Source of the DNA: Octopus sinensis
Taxonomy: Eukaryota
DNA length: 64,000 nucleotides
Reading direction: 5' to 3'
Assembly: GCF_006345805.1 (NCBI RefSeq)
Contig: NC_043006.1
Coordinates: 71,920,001-71,984,000 of the forward strand
Positions 15,901 to 27,166 of this stretch are shown in pieces (the first letter of the stretch is position 1; each line of letters begins with the position of its first letter). A program made the position numbers and the translations under genes. The notes under the pieces are model-generated. The model was given only the letters and a program-made list of their open reading frames with translations. It searched no databases and was not told the DNA's origin.

Positions 15901-17846
15901 GTGAAAATCTGCAAAGTAGAAACAGTACTGTACTGTATATTTTAAAATTATTTTTATAATCTGTATATATTTATTTTATTATAAATGCAAAACAACACCA
16001 CAGAGGAATCGGCGTAAGTTTAAATAATAAACCGTGACAGGTGAACCGTGATATGGTGATGAATTACTGTATATATATAGGATCTTTTCCTTTTGAACGG
16101 CACATGTCAACACAATTTCTAGTTAACTTTAAAACTTCGTATACTGGTAGAATGTGTCAAAATAAAACATTTTTTTCTCTTCGCTTTCTTGATAAAATTG
16201 TAATTTGTTTAACGTAGTTTAATTTTTCGAATTTTAACCAATGAATCGCCTCTAATTGAGCTAAAATCATTTGCTGTGTCTAAAACTGAGACAACATCTT
16301 GTCACTAACCCTAACCCTCACCCTAACCCTAAATTTTTTTTTCTTAATTGTTAAATTAATTTAATTGTTACACGTGTAAAAAAACGAAAAGCTAAAACAA
16401 AAAGCGTGAGTATAAAATTATAGAATTATTTTGTTTGTTAATTGTTTAAATTATTTTCCATTGCTTTCGTTTTAGTCTTTCATTTTTTTATACGCATAAC
16501 AATTAAATTAATTTAACAAAAAAAATTTAGGGTTAGGGTGAGGTTTAGGGTTAGTGACAGGATGTTGTCTCAGTTTTAGATGCAGCAAATGATTTTAGCT
16601 CAATTAGAGGCGATTCATTGGTTAAAATTCGAAAAATTAAACTACGTTAAACAAACAAATTACAATTTTATCAAGAAAGCGAAGAGAAAAAAATGTTTTA
16701 TTTTGACACATTCTACCAGTATACGAAGTTTTAAAGTGTTTAGTTAACTAGAAATTGTGTTGACATGTGCCGTTCAAAAGGAAAAGATCCTATATATATG
16801 TATATATATGTGTGTATGTGTGTGGAGGCGCAATGGTCCAGTAGTTAGAGCAGTGAATTCACAGTTGTGAGATCGCAGTTTCGATTCCTAGACCAGGTGT
16901 TATGAGCATTTATTGAGCATAAACACCTAAAGTTTCATGAGGCTCCGGCAGGGGGGGGGGGGCAAAACTTGCTGTACTCTTTCACCACAACTTTCTCCCA
17001 CTCTTTCTTCCTTCCTGTTTTTGTTGTACTTGCATTTCAAAGGGCCAGCCTAGTCACTCTCTGTGTCACGCTGAATCTCCCTGAGAACTACATTAAGGGT
17101 ACATGTGTCTGTGGAGTGCTCAGCCACTTAAACGTTAACTTTATGAGCAGGGTGTTCTGTTGATTGGATCAACTGGAACCCTTGTCATAACTGACAGAAT
17201 GCCATGACGATATATATGTATATGTGTGTGTGCACATATATAGTTAATCCAAACAAGAAAGCACAAAAAAACACAACAACGCGAGGACATGGAACAAATA
17301 TAGTATTATTGAACGCTCAGGAATAATATATATATATATATATATATATATGTAAAAAGCACCCACTACACTCACGGAGTGGTTGGCGTTAGGAAGGGCA
17401 TCCAGCCGTAGAAACAGACCCCAGTTAAACCGTCCAACCCATGCTAGCATGGAAAACGGACGCTAAATGATGATGATGATGATATAATTGATATAGGATA
17501 AAAATTCTTTCGGGAAAAAAATTTTATCAATGGCCAGCATATCAAAAAATGCCTTTAAAAGGTAAAATTTTTTTTTACATAATTTACAAGATAAGAGCAG
17601 AAGAAAAATTCTAATGCCAGATACGCCGAAATAAAAAAATTGTCAATAACCATTAAATTTATGCGTCTCGAAATAAACCGATAGAAATCTCTAAAAAATT
17701 CGTTATTACCATATTGGTCCAATTTCGGGGTTAATTCACAAGAAATTTCCCCCTCTTCAGCGGCACATATGCGAGATATAAATGAAATACTTATTCATAC
17801 CCATGGAAGAAGTAAGCATATATATGGACGCTAAATGATGATGATG

Positions 17847-17899
<53 letters not shown>

Positions 17900-19910
17900 T
17901 GATGATGATGAGAGAGAGTAATCCCTTGACTATCACAGGTGTTAAATTCCAAAACCCTCCATGATAGATGAAAATCTGCAAAGTAGAAACAGTACTGTAC
18001 TGTATATTTTTAAAATTATTTTTATAATTTGTATATATTTATTTTATTATAAATGCAAAACAACACCATGGAGGAAGTGATGTAAGCTTAAATAATAAAC
18101 CACAACATGGTGAGGGATTACTGTAATGCGATTTGTGATGATGATGAAGATGCTGATAAAGATGATGCGCCAGATGATGATGATAATGGTAAAGATTCAG
18201 ACGAGCTTCAGAGATCCAGAAAAAGGTTCAATGGCACTGTCCTTCCTCCTCTAACCAAGACATTTAAATAAAAAGAGAATGAATATTTACCTAGTTTATG
18301 ATATTCCTGCAAACTGAAGGACCATTTCCTTGTGACAGCATCTGGAGACATTAAAGGACAATGATGCAAAAAATAATAGATATGATTAAATTGATTGATT
18401 CAATAGATAATTGAAGAAGACTATCAATTCTTTTGCTGGCTGGAGAATGACTCCTCTTCCTATGTTGCTGCCACCTTCCAGCATGCCAGTCCAGTCAAAC
18501 CATTCAACCCATGAAATAATAGAATGCAATTTGAAGAATTTGATTGTCATTTCTAGCAAGTCAGAGAATCCTGTAGATTCCTTTGTTAACTCATCATTTT
18601 TTGAAGTTGATAAACTAAGAACTTTTCAAATAAAGAAGTCACTGTAATCAACTAAAATTCTGAAGACAATGTTCCAGCATGGCTACAGTTCAATGGTTGA
18701 AAGCAGTAAACGAATTTAACAACAAAAGTATATGAAAATTGTATATTGAAAGGGAAACAACATGTAAAAGTATAAAATACAAATATCTAAAACATTCAGG
18801 TTGTTATTGTTGTTTAGGTCATCCCTGGGTGAGCAGGTCTATGATCAAATGCATTCATCTGAAACCGTCTCTTCATTTTAGGGCTAAGTAAGGCTACAGT
18901 TAGTTGCCAATGTCCTTTTCCTTATTTAGGACAGTAGGATATAAGTTGAGAGAATTAAGCTACTATTTCTGGTAGGTCAAGGGACCATACTGAAGATTCC
19001 TGGTGGAGCTCCAGCTTGGCCACAATCTGAAGGTTGGGAGCATAAAAGAGCAAATAAATAGACATATTTTTTTCAATCAGACAAAATGTAATTTAATAAA
19101 TAAAATAAACAAAAACTAAAACAGCAGGAGAGATGCATGGAAATAGCAGTCACATCATCATCATCGTTTAACGTCTGCTTTCCATGCTGGCATGGGTTGG
19201 ACAGTTTGACTGAGGTCTGGACAGCCAGTGGCTGCACCAGGCTCCAATCTGATCTGGCAATGTTTCTACAACTGGATGCCCTTCCTAACACCAACTACTC
19301 CAAGAGCCAGTCAGGTAGACATACATAGATTTTAAAATCACATCCTTCCAGCTTGTAAAAAAAGATGCACTGAATGATGTGATCTTGAATATGCTATAAA
19401 AATAAAGACAGGATGGTCGTGGATGGAATGCTTTCAAGCAATGTTTGCCAGGGTAGTACACTATAACAACATCAACAAAAAGAAAAATATAAAAGTAAAA
19501 AGGCCTTTCTTACCATATTGTTTTGTCTCCATTGTCTTAAATAAATCTATTAGTCCCTGATTAAATATCACATCAACAAGAAATCTTGATGGAGATTCTA
19601 AAATAAATTTAGCTTCAATAACTTTCTTTGGTGTGCTTTTAAAAGTTTTATGATGAGAACTGTTTGCGAAAGAGTTTGTTTTTTGTGGCAACATTCTGCC
19701 ATCTTTATAAATTGTTTGTGTTTTCGATACATAATTACTTTGTGAAACAGATCTACTTGATGTAACTGATGGACTTGAAGGAGGTTTTACAGAATGAGAT
19801 GGAGTTGGCCTTGGTGACAACTGTGCTTTTTTTTCAGCAAGCTTTTGCAGTGCTCTTTGACGGTTTTCATCGATAATTTTCCTCTGCTCAGAGGTGAGAC
19901 AACTAGACAT
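804..19910 (-). CDS. SMARCAL1: SMARCAL1/HARP annealing helicase (SNF2 family), 5' part; 9 coding exons, gene continues beyond window start
   Basis: Spliced GT-AG exons 19910-19514, 18341-18291, 15744-15543, 12080-11930, 9469-9308, 5376-5311, 4096-3962, 2067-1988, 936-804 join in frame. They give [17 protein letters not shown] (RPA-binding motif), a HARP domain, [11 protein letters not shown] (motif I), DESH (motif II), [11 protein letters not shown] (motif III) and [12 protein letters not shown]. Confidence 0.96.
1988..2067 (-). CDS. SMARCAL1: SMARCAL1 exon
   Basis: ccag|[26 protein letters not shown](R)|gtaagt. Confidence 0.94.
3962..4096 (-). CDS. SMARCAL1: SMARCAL1 exon (motif III)
   Basis: [24 protein letters not shown]...[10 protein letters not shown]|gtaagg. 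Confidence 0.95.
5311..5376 (-). CDS. SMARCAL1: SMARCAL1 exon (Walker B DESH)
   Basis: aag|[22 protein letters not shown]|gttagt; not in ORF track. Confidence 0.95.
7026..7590 (+). mobile_element. 5'-truncated CR1/Jockey-group LINE 3' end
   Basis: ORF 7069-7515 [42 protein letters not shown]; (ATT)n tail 7565-7590. Confidence 0.9.
7740..8075 (-). mobile_element. Degenerate RTE-type LINE fragment
   Basis: Translates [35 protein letters not shown]. Confidence 0.65.
9308..9469 (-). CDS. SMARCAL1: SMARCAL1 exon
   Basis: [16 protein letters not shown]...NILSYDLM...KFKIVIM|gtaagt; 162 nt. Confidence 0.93.
9649..10020 (+). mobile_element. R4/Dong-like non-LTR retrotransposon 3' fragment (restriction-like endonuclease)
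   Basis: [44 protein letters not shown]; flanked on both sides by (TAA)n. Confidence 0.7.
10035..11110 (-). mobile_element. Degenerate RTE LINE 3' part
   Basis: [37 protein letters not shown]-terminal CKYC..H...C. Confidence 0.9.
11930..12080 (-). CDS. SMARCAL1: SMARCAL1 exon (Walker A, motif Ia)
   Basis: [24 protein letters not shown]...[17 protein letters not shown]|gtatgt. Confidence 0.96.
14110..14710 (-). mobile_element. Degenerate RTE-like LINE fragment
   Basis: [30 protein letters not shown] / [22 protein letters not shown]. Confidence 0.85.
15543..15744 (-). CDS. SMARCAL1: SMARCAL1 exon (end of HARP, linker, Q-motif LMPFQLEGV)
   Basis: acag|(V)[16 protein letters not shown]...[10 protein letters not shown](K)|gtgagt. 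Confidence 0.92.
15843..16070. mobile_element. Tigger-derived MITE (also 17918-18124, 61371-61590)
   Basis: GTAATCCCT..ATTACT termini and shared internal AAGTAGAAACAGTACTG, matching the ends of the 46572-48504 element. Confidence 0.75.
16080..16790. mobile_element. Palindromic foldback MITE with internal telomeric repeats
   Basis: About 325-bp near-perfect inverted arms starting GGATCTTTTCCTTTTGAACGGC; (TAACCC)n-like blocks in both arms; in (TA)n. Confidence 0.9.
17479..17825 (-). mobile_element. Non-coding hammerhead-bearing retroelement (Penelope/retrozyme-like) with 21-bp flanking duplication
   Basis: GGACGCTAAATGATGATGATG at 17458-17478 and 17826-17846; end shares motifs with 58017-58085. 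Confidence 0.65.
17707..17765 (-). ncRNA. Minimal type I hammerhead ribozyme
   Basis: Minus strand: UGCCG-CUGAAGA-GGGG(G)..CCCC-GAAA-UUGG(A)CCAA-UA^-UGGUA; intact core, stems I/II/III all pair. Confidence 0.8.
18291..18341 (-). CDS. SMARCAL1: SMARCAL1 exon (HARP domain)
   Basis: ccag|(D)[16 protein letters not shown]|gtaaat; 51 nt, phase 1-1; not in ORF track. Confidence 0.9.
   Translation of the reverse strand: MLSQGNGPSVCRNIIN
19514..19910 (-). CDS. SMARCAL1: SMARCAL1 first coding exon (RPA32-binding helix and start of HARP domain)
   Basis: [28 protein letters not shown]...FKTMETKQY; acceptor AG at 19931-19930, donor G|gtaag at 19513. Confidence 0.93.
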
Positions 19911-20169
19911 CTTTATTCATAGAAGTAACCTACAACAAAAGAAATTTTTAGAAATCCTTTTATACCATGGTAATAGATGTTGGATAATGAGTGAAAGAGT
20001 ATGATCACAAATACAAGCAGTTTAAATGGAATTCCTTCAAAACATCTCTGAGAGTAATGTAACTTGACAGGGTGTATAGCTCAGAGATCAGGGGGTCTCT
20101 CCAGATCAAGCCACTATTACTCTGCATTGAAAGGTCAAAGCTCTGGTACAATGGACACATGATTAAAAT

Positions 20170-21957
20170 CTGAGATGGGCACCGTTAATTGAAAAGTTAA
20201 CTGTGTTAATCATTAATCCATTAAATGTTTGAAAATGGAAGTTAATATTAATCTGTTAAAGTTAACTTTTATTGAGGAAAGTGGGAGGAAGGGGAGGAAA
20301 GGGGGAAGGAATGGGAGGAAGAGAAAATGGAGAAGGGGAGGATGAGGGGATGAAGGAGAGGACAGAGAGAAGGGTGAGAGTTACAGTTAGGGTAAGGGAA
20401 GGAGGAGGGGATGACGGGGAGAAGGGTGAGGGTTACAGTTAGGGTTAGGGAAGGAGAGGAAGGGAAGAGTTGCTGGAGGAGGAGGGCATTGAGGGGAAGG
20501 GGAGGAAGGAGGGGAATAGGGAGAAAAGAGGGAATGGGAGGAGAAAATTAAGGCGGCAGAGAGAAGGGGAGGAAGTTCCTTTCTCACTTAGACATCTATT
20601 GATATTTTTCAATATTTTTCTCCCCATAAACAAATTTTATGGAATAATGATGTCAAAGTAACACACACATAGTCCCAACTGAGTGAGGCTGTGTTATGTG
20701 TGTGTGTGTGTGTGTGTGTGTAAGAAAAAACCCCCACCTAAAATCATCTTTAGTGTTCATATTAATCTGTCAAATGTAATGCTTATTTGTTCATGTTATT
20801 TTGAATTATTCAGGTTCAATGGGTGTGTCCAGAATATTTGCTTGAAACTTTGTAAATTTTTTACATACAGATTTGAAATTTTGTCAGTGGGTGCTTTATA
20901 TACCACTGGTTTATAGTTACATAATTTTAGCTGATCTTGCTGAGTAAATTTGACTTTTATGGGCAGATAAATTCAATTAACAGACGTAAAAACAATAACA
21001 TTATGGATAAACACTAAAACTGAAATTCTAAATGCATCTTGCCTGTTTGATTTGTTACTAAAATTATCTTAAATGGCAACCAACAAAAATTTTGCCACTT
21101 TTCAAAATGAGGTACATTAATTTGAATTAATTAAAATATAGGTATAAATGGTACAAGATTTCATTCTTTTGGTAAATATTTTGTATCTTGGTGTGGAATA
21201 ATATTTTTCCACGTTTTTTTTCAGGTGCATTTGACGTATATGACCTCCAAACCCACTGCAAGCCACTTTTTACCGAAAAAAAGGTGGGAGGGGTAGTGGG
21301 TACCTCTAAGTTTCCCAACAAGAGAATTTTGTTTCGTGGGTCTTTTTTTCTTTTCCAGGTTATTTTGCATGCTTTCAATGAATGTGACACTGAAATCATG
21401 CGTAAACAGCTCCTTTTTCCAGAAAAGGAAAGATTTGGCTGCTATTTCTAATATGCCCTGCTACCATGTAACAGCTATTTGCATTCACACCGAAATATTT
21501 ACCAACATTTTTCCTTCCATTTATTTTTTCCACTTTATGGAAGTCAATATTTTCTCTGTTGACATCCACCTCAGCAAGGTCACAGAACAAGTGGAAACGC
21601 ATCAAGCAACAAGCGAGTGGATTTGGTTTCAAATCCAGACAGGGCCAAACGAGGTCCTACAAGGTATTTATGATAACAAGTGGCATTATATCAGGGTTGA
21701 AAGAATGGCGCATACAATATTAAATATGCTAAGACAATCTGAAAACAATAGAAACTTTTAAATGCTTACTGGTTTTTATGAAATTTTTGGGCTAACGGAC
21801 TTGAGTCAATGGAAGTTAATTAGTCCAATAATGATTTTCAAAGTTAACTTAAAAGTTAAATCATTAATGAAATGTTAACTTTGTTAATTAATGATTAACG
21901 GACTTATGCCTAGCTCTAAAATGTTCTTTTCTACTCTAGGCACAAGGTCCAGCTCTG
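20170..21957. mobile_element. Degenerate hAT-type element
   Basis: Ends CTGAGATGGGCA / CCAGCTCTG, subterminal GTTAA(C) repeats at both ends, 8-bp TSD ATTAAAAT (20162-69, 21958-65). Confidence 0.6.
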
Positions 21958-23479
21958 ATTAAAATGTCACAGGAAAGAACTGCACGACAGACTCTTGAAG
22001 CTGAGGTAACCAGCAGGAGTCCCAAGGGGTGATCAAGAATGATCCATAGTCTCAGGTGGTTTTGCTTGGAAATCCAACTGAAAAGTCTAAGGACAGTTGC
22101 TTCTGAGAGGACCCTATGAAGGAATACTTGACAACAATATCCTCAGGAATAGAGGTCTGTGAAAATGGATAGATGGATTTTATACCGTTTTTCTGTTTTG
22201 CATGTTTGAGATGTTGTTCTGTTGAAGGAATTTTTACAGTTGGATGGATGCTCCATTCTAATCACTGCCCATTCAACTGTGAAGTAATAGGGAACCTGTT
22301 TGGAGCAGGGGAAGGAGAGTTACACTATGCTCAAGGGACAAAATACAATCATTGATCTTATGATTTATTATTAGAGAAAATGTGTGATCTCCTTAAACAA
22401 GTTACTTAAGTACACTTTCTCTAGTTTACCTGATGAATATAAAAAGTCCTGCTCTCTACTTCATAGTTAAGTGTTTAGTATCAAAGAGGCACTTATCCAG
22501 TCCCCCACAAAAAAATTCAAGTATATAATAATGGATATAAAGAAATTGCAATTTTGATGTCGACTTTTCTTGTTTCAGTCATTTGACTGCGGTGATGCTG
22601 GAGCACTGCCTTTAGTTGAGCAAATCAACCCCAGGACTTATTCTTCGTAAGCCTAATATTTATTCTATCGGTATCTTTTGCCGAACCGCTAAGTTACGGG
22701 GGACGTAAACACACCAGCACCAGTTATCACATACACAGTTTCCGTCTACCAAATCCACTCACAAGGCTTTGGTCGGTCCGAGGTTATAGTAGAAGACACT
22801 TACCCAAGGTGCCATGCAGTGGGACTGAACCCAGAACCATGTGGTTGGTAAGCAAGCTACTTACCACGCAGCCACTCCTGCGCCACTTATGTTAGCATAA
22901 GTCTTTGTCGAAGCTGGCTTTTCTACAGCCAGATCCTCTTCCCAGAGAACTGTAGGCAAGTGACGACACTCATTTGAGTGACCGGTGACTGTTTGTTTAC
23001 AATCAAGACAAAGAGAATACATATTCAGTCATGCCCGCACATACACATACATCATCGTCGTTTAACCTCTATGATCCCTGCTGGAACTGATGCGATGAAA
23101 GTTTGACAGTTATTCCCAGAACTAATAGCGATCACACAGACAGTTTCATTAGTTCAAAGACTGAGATCTCCATTGAAGGATAATCATAGTTCCTTAGACC
23201 TAATTTTTATAGGTAACACAGTGCTTTGAAGTATTAAGTATTCAAGTGGTGGGTTTGTTTCTATAATATGTGTAATGTACGTAGCTACTCGTCAGAGAGA
23301 GAGAGATGTCAACGCACATTAAAATTAATAGTGAGAGTTGAAAACAACGGGCAATATGGTGAAATAGAAAATAGTCGCCAACACCTCAAGACCGTGAAGA
23401 AAAGAAAGAACAAGCAAACAAAATCAAGAACACTGGGACAGAACTATCACCCGATGTTCAAACACGTGCGAGATAGAAT

Positions 23480-24110
23480 GACTGATTCACCTGCAAGTTG
23501 TGACATACGGTTGTATCTTCGAAATGATTTATTACTCAGACAGGAATATTCTCTGGTGTTTAAGAGGAAGTCGCGACGGTTTTATATGACTGGGTACGGG
23601 ATAATTATGATAATGAAAGTAAATATTTCATTTCTTTCACTTTCTTTAAATAGAGATGATGTAATAAATAATGGACAAACATTAGAATCATTAAAAAAGG
23701 TCTCTAATATTAAAAACTTATCTAATATTTAAAACTTATCTATACTTACATTAAAAATTAAATAAGCTGGGATTTCTTCATATAAAATCACTTTCATGTA
23801 GGTAGAAGATGACTCAAGTCAGCTTCATAAAAGAAATACTAAATAGCAGAGGGAAGAAATTTCTGATAAGCATATCAAGAGTAAATTATAAACTTAATTT
23901 TTGTTCTGTTTTAAGGGAGCAATGACATTTAACCGTTTGAGTAACAGTTGTAAACACCATCGTGCTCTTTTGGTTATGAGGAAAATAAACTTTAAAACGG
24001 ACAATCACAGTATAAGTTACCTAAATATATTCTTTCCACTAGATTCGTTGGACCGAATTAAAACTTGATAGTTTGCCATCCATTTTTTGTACCATTTTTG
24101 TTTTGTATTA
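23480..24110 (-). promoter_or_regulatory. Candidate SMARCAL1 promoter / non-coding 5' exon(s)
   Basis: Unique CpG-containing sequence with minus-strand donors CAG|GTGAAT (23490) and TAG|GTAACT (24020); the SMARCAL1 ATG exon is preceded by an acceptor. Confidence 0.3.
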
Positions 24111-24224
24111 TTTTCTTTTCTTTATTTTTCCTACTAATTAATCAAACATATAGTCTTCGTATATATATATCAGAGATGCATATTGAAAAAAAGGTGGTTT
24201 TCTATCCAATAACACATGTTCAAC

Positions 24225-24872
24225 GGATCTTTTCGGTTTGACCGGCAGTTTTTTAAAATAATTTCCACGTAACTAAGCACTTTTAAACTTCGTATACTGG
24301 TAGAATGTATTTATAAAACATCTTTTTCGGCGATCTTTCGTTTGTAGTAGCACGTTTCCGTCGATGATTTCCGTAAAAAACTTTTATTTTTTTACATATG
24401 GGCTTGCGGGAACATTTGAAGTAATGAGAGCAAAAGAGACTAAGAGGAAGCGATTTTATGACGAGGGAATTTTTATGATAACAAGTGGCATTATATCAGG
24501 GTTGAAAGAATGACGCATACAATATTAAATATGCTAAGACAATCTGAAAACAAACGAAAGATCGCCTCTTCTTGGCTTTATTGAGAAAATTCTATAGTTT
24601 GTAAGATATTTGTTGTTGTTTTCTTCAATTTCTGCAATTTCAACCAATCGATGACATCTATTGAGGTGAAAACATTCTGTGCCGTATGAATATGTCCCTC
24701 GTTTAAGAAACAGATTGGGTTTATTTACATTTCTGAAGAAAAATTATACCCCCCCCAACCCTAACCCTAAAACAGATTGAAATGCAATAGATCGATACTA
24801 GGGTCATAATTATGGGTGACAATTTCATATGACACCGCTAGAAAAAAAATGCCGTTCAAACCGAAAAGATCC
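24225..24872. mobile_element. Related MITE (TIR GGATCTTTTCGGTTTG) with nested MITE 24329-24566
   Basis: About 30-bp TIRs; left arm homologous to the 16080 element; nested element has perfect 17-bp TIR GGCGATCTTTCGTTTGT. Confidence 0.85.
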
Positions 24873-24939
24873 CTATAAACTTATAGTTATCGTTATTTCT
24901 CACATACTACATATGTATGTATGTACAAATGAAAACCTA

Positions 24940-25750
24940 CAGTATGGTAAAAGCCATAGCCACTCATAATAAAAAGGAGTACTGGTGGAATGTTCCAGTG
25001 AAAACCTCAATAAAATGTAAACATAGGTGTAGGAGTGGCTGTGTGGTAAGTAGCTTGCTTACCAACCACATAGTTCCGGGTTCAGTCCCGCTGTGTGGTA
25101 CCTTGGGCAAGTGTCTTCTACTATAGTCTCGGGCCGACCAAAGCCTTGTGGGTGGATTTGGTAGACGGAAACTGAAAGAAGCCCGTCGTATATGTGTGTA
25201 TATATATTTATGTGTGTGTCGTGTATCTGATTTCCCCCCTCCCCAACATTACTTGACAACCGATGCTGGTGTGTTTAGGGTCCTCGTAACTTAGCGGTTC
25301 GACAAAAGAAACCGATAGAATAAGTACTAGGCTTACAAGGAATAAGTCCTGGGGTCGATTTGATTCGACTAAAGGTGATGCTCCAGCATGGCCGCAGTTA
25401 AATGACCGAAAGAAGTAAAAGAATAAAAGAATAGATCTGACATAGTAATTTGGGACGGAGAAGAGAAACTGTGTATGGTTGTGGAAATCAGCTGCCCATA
25501 AGCTAAAGACGGACGAAAAAGAAAATACCTATGCTGAACTACTGAGGAATCTTCAGCTACTCTATCCTGATTACAAGTTTATACTTGTAATCATTGAGGG
25601 ACTAGCATATGTAACACACTGCTTAAATACCAATCTTGAGAAATTAGGCTTCTCAAAACCAGAAAGGAGACAGATGATTCGAAGACTACAGATCCAAGCC
25701 ATCACTAGAACAATAAAAGTCTGTAAAACTTTCCAGAAGTTTATCCATGT
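24940..25750 (+). mobile_element. RLE-domain (R4/Dong/CRE-like) LINE fragment interrupted by a SINE
   Basis: KKEYWWNVPVKTSIKCKH [SINE 25024-25433] DIVIWDGEEKLCMVVEISCP..KENTYAELLRNL. Confidence 0.65.
25024..25433 (+). mobile_element. tRNA-derived CORE-like SINE, full length (copies 29873-30262 +, 42400-42788 +, 22565-22883 -, 12575-12895 -, 1-280 -)
   Basis: A box TGGCTGTGTGG, B box GGTTCAGTCCC, CCTTGGGCAAGTG core, internal microsatellite, AAAAGAAT tail. Confidence 0.85.
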
Positions 25751-26155
25751 TTCTGGAGAGATTACGTTTTTCTTTGGTGGTATATTCTTTTTTCAATATT
25801 GTAAACAAAAAATTATGAACACAGAGAAAAAAATACACGTTTGCTGATCTCAAGAAAGTCTCATCTCCCTTCTGTCTTGAGACTACATCAGACGTGCTGC
25901 AGCATGCCTTTACTGATCCCAACAAAGTCTCACCTCCCTTCTCTCTCGAGTCTCTATTTGACGTGCTGCAGCATGCATTTGCTGGTCTTGAGAAAGTCTC
26001 ATGTACCTTATCTCTTGATACTCTCGCCTTCGGTTTTCTGTAATCCTCCTTGCTTGATAGGTGTTTCTGAAGAGATTACGTTTTTTTCTTTGGTGGCATT
26101 TTTTTCTTTCAATATTGTAAACAAAAAATTATGAACATAGAAAAAAATCATACAT
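25748..26155. repeat. ~90-bp direct repeats enclosing ~64-bp tandem units
   Basis: TGTTTCTG(G/A)AGAGATTACG..ATTATGAACA at 25748 and 26063; internal AAAGTCTCA..GACGTGCTGCAGCATGC repeats. Confidence 0.7.
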
Positions 26156-27127
26156 TAATATCTATTTTGTAAGCAGTTGTATGTAGCATGTCTGTAATTT
26201 TGTGTGCAGTGTAAATTAAGCAAATGTAAGCAAATTGTAAATACCTTACAACCTTGCGATAATTATGAACTGGTAACTGAACAGTAGATATGTATTTTTA
26301 GATACCTTGAACCTGCCACTTAATTGTTCTTTGTCAAGAGTTTCGCTTCCAGCCGTTCTCATCACGTATGTATATGTATGTGAGGATATGTGTGTATGTT
26401 TAATAACGTACGTAATGGCCGCGCAGACACCCACACACTCAGACAAATATACATTCATATACAAAATGTGACGATACACACAAATACACTCTCACATACA
26501 GTCACATACATATAGTAAGAGAGATACATGCAAACATATATTCACGCATGTCAGTCGTACATATGTATATGTATGTGAAGACGTGTGTGTATGTTTAATA
26601 ATGTACCTAACACAGAAGCACATACACACTCATACACCCACACGCATACACTGACAGACACATACACACTCATATTCAAAATGTGACATCGTCATCGTGA
26701 TTGTATAAAATGTCCTTTACTATCACGTACATATCGACGCGCAAACACACACACACTCACAGAGACACACACAAACTCATATAAAATGTCCTGTAATATA
26801 GTTGACTATAGAAATATTATATCTATGCAATGTTATATTGTTTAAATGGAAATGAAAAAAATTACATATTGACAGCTGCGGGGTGTAACACTATAAAGTA
26901 AGAGAGACACGCACAGGCATACATTCACGCATGTCAGACATCACATATGTATGTATAGATGTGTGTGTGTGTGTGCTGAATAACGGCCCTGGTGCGGAAA
27001 CACAGACAGACACATATATTTACACGCATAAACACTCATATGCAAAATGTGACATTGTCGTCGTCGTGGTATAAAATGTCCTGCACTATATTTGACCATA
27101 GAAAGATTATCTCTATAATGTGTTATA

Positions 27128-27159
<32 letters not shown>

Positions 27160-27166
27160 TATATAT

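Noticed and set aside
16300-16560. Chromosome-fusion (head-to-head telomere) scar
   Set aside because: The short degenerate TAACCC/TTAGGG blocks are simply the mirrored arms of a palindromic MITE.
23268-23732. 154-aa ORF between the genes
   Set aside because: No recognisable domain, and it overlaps the likely SMARCAL1 5' region on the opposite strand.
25024-25100. tRNA gene
   Set aside because: The A/B boxes belong to a SINE head continuing into the SINE body; no complete cloverleaf.
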